Positions 13,128-27,569 of a stretch of DNA of 64,000 bases are shown piece by piece (the first letter of the stretch is position 1; every line of letters starts with the position of its first letter). The notes under the pieces were generated by a model, which ran no database searches, was not told the DNA's origin, and saw only the letters and a program-made list of their open reading frames with translations. Origin of the DNA: Octopus sinensis (Eukaryota); NCBI RefSeq assembly GCF_006345805.1, contig NC_043005.1:33294001-33358000 (forward strand). The letters run 5' to 3'. A program made the position numbers and the translations under genes.

Positions 13128-13523
13128 ATCTTTATATATAAAAGTAAGGTTGTGTGCTGTCTGGTCTCCTCGATTTAGATTCCTAACTTACTCCCACATT
13201 TTGCGGTGCAGTTTAACCAAAACCGGGTATCTTATAGTCGGATTTCATATCGAGCCCTTCTGGGTATTAGCACGCGTCTACGATGAGTCTACGATTAAAA
13301 AAAATTTACCATCAATTTTTCCCATTTTTAATGCATTTTTGGCATATATAAGGAAGTAACTCTCTAAAAATTTATTGTTAAATCTCAGAACGTAAAAAGC
13401 TACTGTAACACCCCCCCTTCGTGGTTAGCCATATTGAGATGGCTATTATACTTTACATCTCTAAAATGCCTTATATAGTTATTTCCCTTACAAACCCGAG
13501 CAACGCCGGGCGATACTGCTAGT
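13128..13523 (-). mobile_element. Non-autonomous Helitron-like element (resembles the Lep1 type)
   Basis: 5' end ACTAGCAGTATCGCCCGGCGTTGCTCGGG and 3' end TTTATATATAAAGAT. It shares its 5' end with the copies at 45190 and 45681. Confidence 0.6.
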
Positions 13524-13527
13524 AATT

Positions 13528-13569
<42 letters not shown>

Positions 13570-14225
13570 CAGAGACAGAGAGAGAGAGAGAGGCAATTAC
13601 AAGGAAAAATAAATTAGATATATTAAAAATAAGAGTTTTGGTATGAAATCCAAAATACTTATAAAGGTATACATGCAAAACGAGAGGAAGCAAAGAGTGG
13701 AGACGTTCAGATTATGAATATTTCAGTATAAATATATAGATATTTATATCAATATATCCAACTTACACATAGTGCAAACGACAGAGAAAATTAAATATGA
13801 AAATATATACTTATACTTAAATAGTCATCGTTTGGAAGTCTCCGCTTTTTGCTTTCTCTCGTTTTGCATTAATTCATATATACATATTTTGGATTTCGTA
13901 CCGAAACAGTTATATCTAATATATCTAATTTGTTTATCCGTATAATTGCTCCCATATCCGTTCAACTTGATCCCCTGTAAACACATCGAAGTCTAAGTTT
14001 GAATGATATGCGCACTACCAAGTGTCTTCTATACTGAGAATCCCTGGATCTCATCTGTCGAGTATATATATATATAATCAAAATAAAGGGTAAAATTAAT
14101 TAATTGTTAATTAATTTTACCAAGTAGTGTTCAGTATGTAAAAAGACAATTTACGGATATTAAACATTACGTTATATAATTAGGGCGGTAAAGTAAATTA
14201 TTTTACTGAACCCTATTATATAACG

Positions 14226-14291
<66 letters not shown>

Positions 14292-14300
14292 ATATATATA

Positions 14301-15735
14301 TTAAAGTAATAGAGTGACCAATGGTTTCGCATCCACGAAGGCTGTAGCCTCGCAGACGACTCATCAGACTCAAGCCCGAACACAAATCTGACCCCACACC
14401 TCTGGGAGGCAGAAATCTGTTACGGTCATTGGGCGATTGGTAATCAGAGAATAAATAATCCGACATTAATGAGAACGGGCTATTTCCCTTCGACCAACTA
14501 TTTATGGACCTGGAGAGGAGAATAAGGGATTTATCCCTTGGGCTGCCATTGGATCGTTAGGACTCTTCCATGCTTGCAGCGGGTAGCGCTTGAAATGGAT
14601 GCACGGTGAGTATTCAGCGACCCAGGTCTCAAGAAGTCTTTAAGCATCTTAGCTCGCTCAGCTATACAGAGCTTGCAATGTACGCTCCCGTTAATGGAGG
14701 GTGCAGGCCGTTCTAAGCTCTTCCACTCGATATCGTATGGGGTCTCTTCATCTTCGATGCGTCAGCCATGGCTGGCCGGGGATATGATGAATCGTCTTTC
14801 TGGGATCGTGAAGGAGGACCTGTAGTTGTACAAGCGTTGCGTGAATGCTGTACCGGCTGATCCAATGTATTTCCAGGCTTGGGTGTTGGTTGTGTTCGCA
14901 TTACTTGTGCATCTCCGGCCGGCTTCGGGCCTGAGGGATGTCGTTATTACCACCTGTGTTGTTGAGGCTGTCATCACTGCTGTTATCATGACGCACAGGT
15001 TCGGCGATGCGGTTGTGGCTGCTGTCGCTGTGGTTGTCATCATTGTGGTGGTCGTTCCTGGCCGTAGAGTTGGCGCTATTGTTGCCGGTGGTAAAATGGG
15101 CGCTGTTGGTGATATGGGTACCGTCGATGGTAATGTTGAGTGTGAGGCCGGTAACTTCACTGGTGCTGCTGGTGTCGGCATGGTCATCTTCTCCGGCCGT
15201 AGGATGTTGGTAATGGGGTCGTTGAAATCAGTGCTGGTGTTTCTACCGCTGTTGCTGCCTCTGATGCCGTCAATGTTGTTTGATGATCCATTGCTGCTAT
15301 TACTTTAGTCGCCAGACTTGGATATGACTCTCTCGGCCTCGCATTGACTTCCCAGGGGAAAGTCATTGTAAACCCTGCAAAAACCAGCTCCTTCCCGTGT
15401 TTTATGAGTGTTAGCTAATATACTTTTTATGTTGGGTACACAACTAAAGAAGACCCTTAGGTTGTACCTATTGAATAAATGACTGTATCTGTGTGTCTGC
15501 GTGAAGTGTTTGTCTATCAACCTGAGAAATATCCTTTCTACACAAGTCTTGACGTTGAGTGAAAAAAGTAGGGCAAACCAAACCACGGTTCGGAAGCGCT
15601 TCTTTTTGTGGGTACTAGGGTCTGGCATGTAGGAGATGCTGTCCTTAAACCCGCTGGACGCCAGTACCTCGTTGTAGTAGGAGGCGGCGGTGTCGAAAAT
15701 ATCTTGATTAGAGGAAAGAGGTTTCATACTGATCT
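14301..15735 (-). mobile_element. Naiad-like Penelope element copy 1 (RT thumb plus GIY-YIG with a long low-complexity insert)
   Basis: KKRFRTVVWFALLFSLNVKT..FLRLIDKHF..FSCVPNIKSIL, CRV..FPLGSQCEAERVISK and WKYIGSAGTAFTQRLYNYRSSF match the RNIIWFNPP / CxC-CP-C-VIY pattern of Naiad PLEs. Confidence 0.85.
14312..14371 (-). ncRNA. Type I hammerhead ribozyme with canonical core
   Basis: GAGT-CTGATGA-GTCGTCTGCGAGGC(TACA)GCCTTCGTGGATGC-GAAA-CCATTGG-TC-ACTC. G10.1-C11.1 pair present, GUC site. Confidence 0.85.
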
Positions 15736-16404
15736 ACTTGTATTTTGTGCACTCACGTACACGGTATGTTTCGGTCTTTGGATCGAGTCATCATTAAAGA
15801 TACAAAAGAAGTGTACCATTCACTTCTTTTTGTAAGTTTTTATCTTCTACAACACACATGTTATGCCTGTCAATTGCTAGGAATCTAGAAAGGGGATAAT
15901 GCAGCAATTATTATGCAACAGGTAACGTTTTATTTTTTCACCGGTTTTATTAAACCGATCACAAATCAGTATTAATACATCTCTTGTCTATATAAAGCGA
16001 AACTCAGCGGAATGTTTCTCTTACCTCTTTTTGCTCTACCTGGTAACCAGAACGATAGAGAGCTTCCACTTCGCTCTTTCTCAGCCAGAATTCAGCAGAG
16101 CAGTCTCTCAGAATGGTATCAGCCCGTTACTCTTATTTTTAGTTTGTCTCAGTCTTAATTGCAAAACATGCTTAAGCTCAATGAGGTTTTATTAACGTAG
16201 TTATTTGAAACGTGTCAGCCAGTTCAAATGTGGGCTTTATAAACTTTGGAAGAACATGAGCTGTTTAACGAGTTTGAAATATAGTACCACTTGGACCAAT
16301 AAATGTCTAATTAGTGTGTATACATAAATACAAACATACAAATATATGCGCACGCACACACATACACACACGTATACTATACATACATATATATATCTGT
16401 GTGT

Positions 16405-16445
<41 letters not shown>

Positions 16446-16736
16446 TGTGTGTGTGTGTGTATATATAATATATATATATACATGCCTGCACATACATTCA
16501 CACATAATTAATTGTTATCTTCTGACGTCTTTATTTTTCTATAATTTGAAATATACGTTAGATTAGAATTTCAAAATTATTTACTTTTATTCCTCCAGGG
16601 CCGATAAAATAGTGGGATGCGGTAGCTTAGTTCAAATCAACTGATTTACATTTTATATATATTCTATTACTTCCTCATCCTCATTTCTTTCTCTTCTCAC
16701 CCACGACACGGTCACTTGCGCGCGCGCACACACGTT

Positions 16737-16808
<72 letters not shown>

Positions 16809-17178
16809 CACTCACACACACACACACACACGCACACAGTGGTTAATATATCATTATAATTATTTTCAAATTGAGTCAAGAACGAGGGTGATAAAAGATA
16901 AATTTGTGATGTTTTCTAAAACTTTTCCCCGAAGTACTATTTAGTGAAGCAAGCGAAGCGATACCAACAGGGAATCGAAACCGAGACGTCGGTCCTGCTT
17001 TTGCAAATAAATTGGTACATGAAAAAATCCCCAATTTATTTGTCATAATAAAATCAAGGTTATTTATGTGGTTGCACTGATATCCAGAAACAACAGTCAG
17101 TTCTCCCTCAAATTCCAGCCTACCGGTTTAAAAATGGAACAACACACTAGAGTATGTAGTCCTAAAGTCATTAATATA

Positions 17179-17214
<36 letters not shown>

Positions 17215-17289
17215 TATGTTAGTCATCAGTGTATCATATATCCGATAAAGAAGCACACTCTAAAGTATAGAGCAGTAACGTATTAAAGC

Positions 17290-18240
17290 AATAAAGTTAA
17301 TGTCTGGTCATAGAATGACCAATAGTTTCCTATCCACGAAGGCTGTAGCCTCGCGGACGACTCATCAGACTCTAGCCCGAACACAAATCTAACCCCACAC
17401 CTCTGGAAGGCAGAAATCTGTTACGGTCATAGGTCGATTGGTAATTAGAGAATAAAACGTCTGGCGTTAGTGAGAACGGGCTATTTTCCTAGACCAGCTA
17501 TTGGATCGTTAGGACTCTTCCGGGCTTAATCGGCGAACGGGGAACTCCATGCTTGCAGCAGGTAGCGCTTGAAATGGATGCATAGTGTAAAGATTTCTTG
17601 GCGAGTATTCAGCGACCCAGGTCTCAAGGAATCTTTGAGTATCCTAGCTCGCTCGGCTATGTAAAGCTTTCAGCGTACGCTTCCGTTGATGTAGGGTCCC
17701 GTCGTTCTAAGACCTTCCTCTTGATATCGTATGGGGTCTCTTCATCTTTGGGACATTATACATAGCTGGCCAATGATGTGACGAATCTTCTTTCAGGGAT
17801 CGTGAAGGAGGACCTGTAGTTGTACAAGCGTAGCTGGCTGCCGTACCAACTGATCCAATGTATTTCCAGGCTTGGGTAATGGTTGTTTTCACATTACTGG
17901 TGCATCTCCAGTGTTGTTGAGGCTGCCGTCACTGCTGTTATCATGACGATGCGCGGGTCCGGCGATGTGGTTGTGGCTGCTGCCACTGTGGTTACCATCG
18001 TTGTGGTGGTCATCCCTGGCCGTAGGTTGGGCGCTATTGTCGCCGGCGGTGATGTGGGTGCCGTTGGTGATGTGGGTACCGTCGATGGTAATGTTGAGTG
18101 TGAAGCCGGTAACTTCACTGGTGCTGCTGGTGTCGGCATGGTCATCTTCTCCGGCTGTAGGGTTAGTATTGGGGTCGTTGACATTAGTGCTGGTGTTTCT
18201 ACCGCTGTTGCTGCCTCCGATGCTGTCGATTCAATGGATC
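17290..18240 (-). mobile_element. Naiad-like Penelope element copy 2 (5'-truncated inside the low-complexity insert)
   Basis: Collinear with 14301-15270; encodes TQAWKYIGSVGT. Confidence 0.88.
17311..17374 (-). ncRNA. Type I hammerhead motif, paralog of 14312-14371
   Basis: TAGAGT-CTGATGA-(stem II)-GAAA-CTATTGG-TC-ATTCTA. Six-bp stem I, but position 11.1 is G instead of C. Confidence 0.75.
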
Positions 18241-18244
18241 GCTG

Positions 18245-18994
<750 letters not shown>

Positions 18995-19676
18995 GTGTGT
19001 GTGTAAAGGTGCGTGGCTTAATGGTTATGGCTCGATTCTCGGACCGGACAACGCGTTGTATATTGGACAAAACACTTCATTTCATTTAACGTTGCTTCAG
19101 TCCACTCACCTGTAAATAGATAACCCTGCTACGGAATAGCCTTCCGATCAGGGGAAGATTCTAGAAAGAGATTCTAGAAGATTGAATCACGTTTTGGCTT
19201 GATGCTGATCGGCTCCTTTAATAAATCGATCACGTGAAATTATTGTGGTTCGAGCGTGATGCCTGACCGGTTACCTAACAGTTTGACTTCGAATCACCGC
19301 TACAATATAATCAGAAAAGGCCGTTGATTAACTCCGTTATCACTCAAAGTTTCCACGAATTGCAAAAGGATGAAAGGAATTAGTATTGTTCAGTAAGGCG
19401 CACTGCCCAAATCGGTTTCATTGATATACTGGAAGCATTTAGCACTTAAGAGAGTGAGGTTTGAAGTCACGTAATTTAATACAAGGGAATCTTGGCTATT
19501 TGGACCATGGATAGGAATTTCTCTGATTTGTGATATCAACTATTACTTTCAGACACACACACACATTCATACATGTATACACACATAAATATATATTTCA
19601 CAAAATTATTTGCCTTACGTTTCACGATTCCTTTTTGTATATCCTATTGGCCGTTGTATATTCTGGTTGAGAGCAG

Positions 19677-19766
<90 letters not shown>

Positions 19767-20899
19767 CTCTCTCTCTCTCTCTGTTCCTCCAACTCTTTTC
19801 TACACAGGAACTGTGTATGAAGTCATAGAAATAACTTTATGAAGGAGTGAACTGTCAATTATTGGCTCTTCAACCGAATACATATCTATTTAATCTAACA
19901 ATCTATTCCGTTTTACAATACTTACATTTACATTTACATCGACCAAACAAGTCTATAAGTATATATGTATGTGATTTTGCATGTCCATAACTATATATAT
20001 ATCTTTGTGTGTATATGCGAATTTATTGTTAAGTGGGGAAGGGTTTATAAGCACACAAACTGTGAACGTTAACTGAACACAAAATAAATCACCGCAAGCG
20101 TTGAGTCACATATTTTTAATAATCTTATTGAAAAAGTGACTTCGCAGTTTCGTCAGCGGTCGGTATCTGAAAAAAGTTGAACCACTGGTGAAACTTGAGT
20201 GTTTGTATGTTTGTACAAACATACATACATACATAACATAACATAACATAACATAACATAACAATATAACATAACATAGCATATAGAATCCTCGTACGTA
20301 TATCCACAAATACACTTATATTTAATAACCTTTGCATACTTATACCACAAGTGTGGCTTAAGTACTTATTTTTTGGCACGTCGAAATATAAACAGATGCG
20401 TTGAGTGTGTATGTAGATATGAGTACATGTATATATGTGATGAACTGTGCGTGTGTTTGTGTGTGTATTTGTGTGTGCTTGTTAAATTGTGTGTGTTGAA
20501 GTGTATGAGTATGTATGATGTATATGTATGTATATCTCTATTTCTATCTGCTTCTAGGTGTATGTCTATATGTATGTGTTGAAGTGTAGTGAGGCATATG
20601 AGTGTATACGTATGTGTGTATGCGAGTGTGATGAAGTTTGCGCGTGTATGCGTGTGTGTGTGTTGAAGTGGATGGCGTCTTTGATTTTTATTTTATTTGC
20701 CATTATTGGAGAAATACGCTCAAGATTATAATCGATTCATTTGATCATCGACTTTTTATTGATCGTTATCTCATCTATCGTTGAAAGTCGAAAAGCAAAT
20801 TGAACCTTCTCTAATATCTAATCTCAGAAGAATCTAGTTTTCTACTGCAATTTAACCATTTGCACCAACCATCTCCTTACATCCTCTAAAATTTGCGTA

Positions 20900-21103
20900 A
20901 CAAGGTGCGGCAAAAAAACCTCTTATTCACCATTTTCTTTTATAAACGTTTCAACAGTAAACGCTTGGAAAGCTCCGGTCGCGGCCATGATGGCAACTAA
21001 AAGGATATTGCTAAAACATTAGCAACATGAAGACATCGTTACAATCTGCCAAACTTCACTAATAGCTATGTAAAATATGGGAGATTTTTCTGCCGCACTC
21101 TGT
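20900..21103. mobile_element. Tc1/mariner-type MITE
   Basis: Terminal inverted repeats ACAAGGTGCGGCAAAAAAACCTC and GAGATTTTTCTGCCGCACTCTGT, with TA on the left flank. Confidence 0.7.
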
Positions 21104-21859
21104 TTTTTTTATTTTAAGAGAAAGAAAATAACAAGTTAATGCTGCTTAATTCAGATTGACCTGCGCCAGTCTAGTTAGTTTCAACAAACATATTAACACC
21201 ATTCGTTCTGCAGATAATCAAGAAAGCTCACCGTGCCATCGTAATATTTCGCTTATATTTCAAAATAATTTGACAGGCTCACAGCCTCATGATAATAACA
21301 ACCAAGTTGGCATATCGGTGTAGTTGTCATAAACATTATAAATCGTAATTCATTGCTGAAGGCGATAAAATGGTGCTATATCTTTAGAATAGGAAATTAG
21401 ATTCTGTCTCTTTCCTTCATACGGATTACTAACCAACAACACGTTAAAGTTTATAGCAAACATTTTTACAACAGATTTCTTCATTTAAACGTCACAAATC
21501 TAATTGCAAAAATAAATACCAACAATATCTTGATTCTTTCTTTTGACTTGACTCAGAACTAACATTATTTTCTTTCTTTTCTTTTTTTTTTCTTTTTTTA
21601 GTAGGACTGACTTCCTACTGATAAGTTGATAAAATATTTTACACTAATAGCTTAGTTAAACTGTTTTGTTGAATCTGTGAGCAGCAGACTGTCGGGTTCT
21701 GTATCAGATGTTCCGGCAATGATTCGAATCAAATATATTGATGATTGATCTAAATTTTACGACAGTTTAGTTTGTAGAAAAAGGCAGCAACCGCGACATT
21801 TTCAGTACCACAGAGGCTGGTGGGAGGGAATGCGTCATCGTCTGACCCTTTCCAACTGG

Positions 21860-22300
21860 TTATCCCCTATTTCCAAACAGAACATTCCCTTATTCCAATT
21901 CCTCCATCTCTGCCCTCTTTGAAACCGTAACTATGATTTTGACACTCAGCTTTAGCACATTTAGTCGACACCTTTCTCCATCCGCCTTATCCAAACTGCT
22001 CTTTTCTTTGTCCCTACCACTGACCACATATAAATTCTAACAGCCCGCATCCGAAACCAAAGCCACCCCTTTTCTCTTTCCCTACCATCATCCGCCTCTT
22101 CCGCTACATCTAATCTAACCCTGCCACTTCACGCTTCTTCCCTCCTTTAAGAACGCCCGCAACCCACGCAGTCACTTCATATATAGCTACTCCTCCCCTC
22201 TGCACACCTGCTTTTTCCTTTTCAAAACAACCATCTGAACTGGACCCATTTGCCGCATCTTCCAGATTAGGGACTCATTCTGCTGCACCACTGCCAACCA
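21860..22300 (+). pseudogene. Decayed Penelope RT-thumb/linker fragment
   Basis: NIPLFQFLHLC (cf. IPYSQFLRL) and PTIIRLFRYI*SNPATSRFFP, similar to the element at ~2400-2720. Confidence 0.6.
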
Positions 22301-23259
22301 TGTTCCCTTTACAATTCGATTTACACCGGAACCCCACGAAAGGTACCAAAAATCCAGCTGACAATGTAAAACTATCGTCCAAAAGCAGAAACAGTCACTC
22401 CATGGGGTTTCCGTCGACTAAAGTTCACTCAGAAAATCTTGATCAAATCGAGGTTCTGATAGAAGAGACTTGCCCAAGGTATCACACAGTTGCGAAGTGA
22501 ACCCATAACCATAGAGTCCTGTCTGTCGAAAGCCGTTTTGATAAACACTAAAATTAGGTTGTATAGAAAAGGTTCTTCAGAAGCTGGAAACTACAATAGC
22601 AAATATTTCAGTGAAGCAGTACGTGTGGCCGTCAGTTTCGTAGAATCCAAATCTCCAAATTTATAGTTAGTGAGTTCGAGTCACTCGTAACATTGTTCGA
22701 ATCTTTTTTATTTTTCATTTATTTTTATTTGCAGATATTCAATCTAAAATGCACATTTCACACACGCACACATTTAACTTTTTTATCAGCAAAATGAAAG
22801 TAGTTTGCACGTGCGCGTGTATGTTTGTGTGTATGTGTGTGTGCGTGTGTATGTAAGAAGGAGAGCAAAACGGTGAAAGCAATCCTTTTTTTATTTCTAT
22901 TATAGGTAGAAGGCTGCAATTCGAGGAGAGGAGCTAGTCGATTGTATCAAGCCCAGTGCACAAGTGGTACTTGTTTTATCGACCCCCAAAGAACAAAAGG
23001 CAAAGACAACCTCGACGTAATTTGAACTCAGAGCGTAAAAATTACGCCAGGTTGAGTTTGCTTTTGATCCTTCCGGAGTAAATAAAATGTGGACCAGTTA
23101 AGAACACTGGTCGGTATAATCCACTATTTCCTCCCTTCAAATTTACAGTCTTGTACCTCTGTTAGAAGTAAACACTGAATTTTGGTTAATTTCGATGCCA
23201 TAACAGAGTAGGAAATGAACTGGAATTAGTTATTTCCTTTCTTCCCAACTGGAAATATA

Positions 23260-23362
<103 letters not shown>

Positions 23363-23964
23363 CCAACAAAGGAGACGTACAAGCAGGTCAAATTTAGCTA
23401 TTTCTCTGCAGATTGAAAAAAATGAACAACCTAAACAGAAAAATTAACAGCCTTAATTTTCGAGCATTATTGAGGTATCATCAGAGATGTCAACATCTCT
23501 TGATCAATCACAGAGAAACAAGAAAGCAATTTATTTGCCTGTACATAAAAAGCAAGAGGCTTCAGAGAACAGAAGCAAGACTATGTGTTTAACACTTTAT
23601 TTAATATCAGAGGCCTGTTAGAAGTGTGCTAGAAGTGTGCTAGAAGGCGCGACACGTTGCCAAAAGTTTTGTGTTCGTTAAAAGTTTCGCACTCCACTCC
23701 TATGCTCCATGAGATTTGAAAATAATCATTTTATCGCTGGATAAACCTGGCACGCGAAGTTGCTCTTAATGCCGAGGAAGGGATCTACTGGATTGTGCAA
23801 AAGTGCCGATTCGCTCAAGAAAACGCGTGGATGTTATATAAAGCTTGAAAATACCAATTACATTTTCTGGGTTTCTTATAGGTATGTGTGTGTGTGTGTA
23901 CATATATAAACATACATACATACATACATATATACATACATACATACATACATACATACATACA

Positions 23965-23998
<34 letters not shown>

Positions 23999-24029
23999 CA
24001 TACATACATACATATAACAAACAAACAAG

Positions 24030-24254
24030 CACATCTCTAATTTGAGTGTTGCAGTTAAGTTGCGTAGGTGAATCTGTTTCAAATTCCCCCTTAAACTGTC
24101 TTCGCACTTCAACTGCGTTTTCAAGCTAAGTATAAATTTCCTTTGTTCAAAACTTGGTCTCTCTTCATTATTTCTAATAGATCAAATCTAAAAGGGGTTG
24201 AAAATGAAGTTATCAGCTATTAAAGTGGGTGTATAAATTTGGGGTAGACACCCT
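24030..24254 (-). mobile_element. Tc1/mariner 5' end with a DUF4817-like HTH fragment
   Basis: End sequence AGGGTGTCTACCCCAAATTTATACA; translation ENAVEVRRQFKGEFETDSPT..QIRD. Confidence 0.6.
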
Positions 24255-24279
24255 TCTCTCCCTCTCTCTCAGTATATAT

Positions 24280-24321
<42 letters not shown>

Positions 24322-24411
24322 ATATATACTACATATGTGGAAAATCGGTTGTGTTTGTTTGTGCCGTTGTTAGCTAACTCCTCCTACATCGTTTTATAGA
24401 TTTTGACGAAA

Positions 24412-24838
24412 CGTGATTAGAACTCAAGTCTGGAAACCTTGTGACATACGTAGATTGTTGAAAAAAATCGATAATACGACCCCTGGAAGGGATCTTTATA
24501 TCTACCCCATATAACTAATTTTTTAAACACCCAAGAGAAATAACCCATAGCACCTGTACAATATTTTTAAACACTCAAGGGAAATAACCCATTTCATTGT
24601 TTGTGTTCGATTACTTTGAATATTGATTATATGTGTGTCCTATTTCTAATTTTTGCAGGCAATATCACTTTTATACTTTATTTGACACGTGAGTAGAACT
24701 CATGTCTGGAAACCTCGTGACATACTTAGATAGTTGAAAAAATCGATAATATGACCCTTCCAATGGATCCTTCTATCTACTACATATTACTAATATTTTA
24801 TTTAAACAACCCGAGAGAAATAACCCACACCACCTGCA
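24412..24838. repeat. Diverged ~150-bp direct repeat (~24412-24560 and ~24688-24838)
   Basis: AGAACTCAWGTCTGGAAACCTYGTGACATAC..AAAAATCGATAATAYGACCC..AGAAATAACCCA occurs twice. Confidence 0.8.
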
Positions 24839-26334
24839 GATTTTAGCAAACCGATCAATATTAGATTCTTACGAACGGCTGACCTAATTCAGCATTTCAC
24901 TACTCACAGTCTTGAACCGCTAAATATTATTATTGCACTTCCTTAATTTGAATCATAAACATTAAAGGCTTCATTCATACATTTCTCTACATACATACTT
25001 CTTTGAATGCCCATTACTTCGATAATCTTGCATTTTTACTGTTACACTTTTTCCATGACAGTAGATAAATTTTTCATTCCACAACGTATTTGTGGTGGCT
25101 TCGTGCAGACATAACGTGGATTCGATCCTCGATTGCCAAATTTTATTTTTAGTAAAACTATTGGCGTGATAACTGTACAGGCGTTAGGAGAGGCCATCTC
25201 GCGTCTGTTGACTGTGGTGGTCTTGTGCAGTGGTGGGCAAGGTTCCTTGTTTGCACTTGGTGTAGCCAGGTCAGCTGCTGAACAATCTTTTACGCCATGT
25301 ACAAAAAAGAGTCTTGTTCAGCTGCTGCCTTGCGCATAACCTCTGAAGCGTGCACTTCTTTTGTAATTATTTTCGTTGGAGACGTTTGTTGTCTTTCCTC
25401 AGGGAAGTTTTACTCCTTAAGGCCCCTGTGGTTTTGGCGAGGTGTCAGGTGGGCCAACCAGCAGTTTTTGCAATCTTCCCCATACCAACATTTGCCTTGC
25501 AGCTAAATTCTGCAGGTCCTTGAGTGCCTTCCAAATTTCTTCTTTCCTGTTGGGTTTTGGATGGCATTGGATCCTCCATGGGGTTTTCTGTTTTTTGTTT
25601 GGTGGGTTGGGTTTCGGTTTTGGTTGTTTCATTTTTGCTTTTTCCTTTTTCTTCGTTTCCTTCTTTATGTTTGTGTTTGTGTTCTGTCCTTCCTTTTCTT
25701 GTGGTGGGAATTTTTTCCTCTGGTTGTCCAATGGAGTGAGGGCTCTGTTCCTTTGTAGGACCACTGGCACAGAGGGCTTCTAGTTGCTGATTTCTTGGTT
25801 CCCCTATCCTTTTCTGCCTGATCGTTCACAGGGGTGGGGTCCATTCTTTTGAGGAACCACTGGATCAAAGAGACCTCTGGGTTTTGTTTCCTTTTCTTTT
25901 TCTCCATCCTTACCACAATAGTTTTCCATTACGACATCCAGGGTGTCAATGTGTGGTTTGTTAAGCATATAGGATTGGATGAATTCATTTTTCTTTCACT
26001 CTATTTGATCAATGTTTCTGCAAAAGCCATTGTTTACAGTGCAATTCTCCCACCTTGGTGCCATCTTCGTTTTTTAAGCCCACAGGGGGAGCAGAAGTAG
26101 AGAGGAAGTGAGAAATAGAGGAAGGTAGAAAAGAAGAAACACAGAGGGGGATAGAGAAAGACAGAGGGAGATATGAAGGAAAGAGAGAGGGTGATATGAG
26201 GAAAGAGAGGGGGTGGCATGTTAGCGAGACAGATGGAGGTAGAGGAAGGGGAGAAAAAAAGAGACAGAATGAGATAGAGGAGAGGAAGAAAAAGAGAGAC
26301 AGAGTGAAGGAGAGGAGGGGAAGAGAGTGGTGCT

Positions 26335-27265
26335 CTGTCAACAATAGTCCACTTGATACTGTGTATTTCATTTAGGAGACCACAAAGTCTCCAGAGAAAA
26401 TGAGTAGAATTCTCTCTATCCCTGGATCTGAACGAGTGCACATGCTGGGAATATCTTCCCTTGAAGTCATTAGCTGTCATATCCGAATAGTGCCTAGTAA
26501 TACCATCGGATTGTGTAAGGGTGGCTCTGTATATTATGGCCCTTCAGAGACAAGATCCTTCTAGAGGACACATGTTGGGATTTCGGAAGTTGCCAGTTGG
26601 GATTGGGGGTGGTGTGGGTGCATTTTTACGTCCGTTGATGCTGTGCAATGTTAGATGAGATGTTGTCTAAGCTGGAGTAGCTCACCTTGACATTATAGGG
26701 TGTTGAAGAGTTTGCAATACTTATGGCTTCTGAGTAAGTGATTCTTAATTAACGGCAGGAAGCCTGTGGCTACATTGGTGGAAACTTCTAGGTTGAAAGG
26801 GACATTATGCTATATAATTCTCCTTCTCCTAATCCTTTTGGGGTGGGGAGAGGGTGTTTAAGGTTTTTCCACATATATGAGCTTCTCAGTAAACCCACTC
26901 CTAGCAAAAGTATCGTTGCAGTGGTGGATGGCCCTACTATTGGCCGAGAGATTAGATATCGTTTACTAATGCCTGGAACCAGGTTTCAAATTACAGTAGG
27001 GGGTTGAGCTCTTATGGATCTACACTGTATCTTCATTAGGCTTCCTGTACGTGTAATACTTTCCTATACTGAAGTCTAGGGTTACATCCAAGGAATCGAC
27101 CATAGTCAGGTTGGTGGCAACAGTTATGGACAGGCCAAATCCCTTAAATATTTTTATCAAGTCCTTCCTGAACCTGTCCATGGTGTGGCTGTTCATATGG
27201 CTTGAGGTAGCCAGGCTGTCGTCCCAAAAATGTATACACACTTTGATAGCTGATAACTTAATTTT
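26335..27265 (-). mobile_element. Third Naiad-like PLE fragment (RT C-terminus to GIY-YIG, normal motif spacing)
   Basis: DDSLA..DRFRKDLIKIFKGFGLSITV..LDVTLD..YYTYRKPN and IIYRATLTQSDGITRHYSDMTANDFKGRYSQHVHSF. Confidence 0.8.
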
Positions 27266-27305
27266 CATACACACACGCACACACACACACACTTATGTAT
27301 GTATA

Positions 27306-27525
27306 CAATGACCCCTTGACTATCGTGGGTATTACATTCCAAAACCCCTGTGGTAGGTAAAAAATCCATGAAGTAGAAACAGTACTGTACTGTATTTTTT
27401 CTATTTTTTTTATAATTTGTATATATTTATTTTATTATAAATGCAAAACAACAGCACGGAGGAATTGACGTAAGCTTAAATAATGAACTGCGATAGGTGA
27501 GCTGCGATATGGCGAGGGATTACTG
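27306..27525. mobile_element. Tigger/pogo-like MITE with TA flanks
   Basis: TA-CAATGACCCCTTGACTATCG ... CGATATGGCGAGGGATTACTG-TA. Confidence 0.7.

Positions 27526-27569
<44 letters not shown>

Noticed and set aside
14826-15308. 160-aa Val/Ala/Gly-rich plus-strand ORF resembling a membrane protein (also 17883-18254)
   Set aside because: It is the antisense frame of the Thr/Pro-rich insert; the minus frame is the one continuous with YIG.
15755-15805. TGATGA...GAAAC hammerhead-like string on the minus strand
   Set aside because: C3 is missing and there is no stem I pairing.
23445-23490. CTGATGA...GAAA on the minus strand (similar strings at ~45421 and ~45970)
   Set aside because: No credible stem II or stem I.
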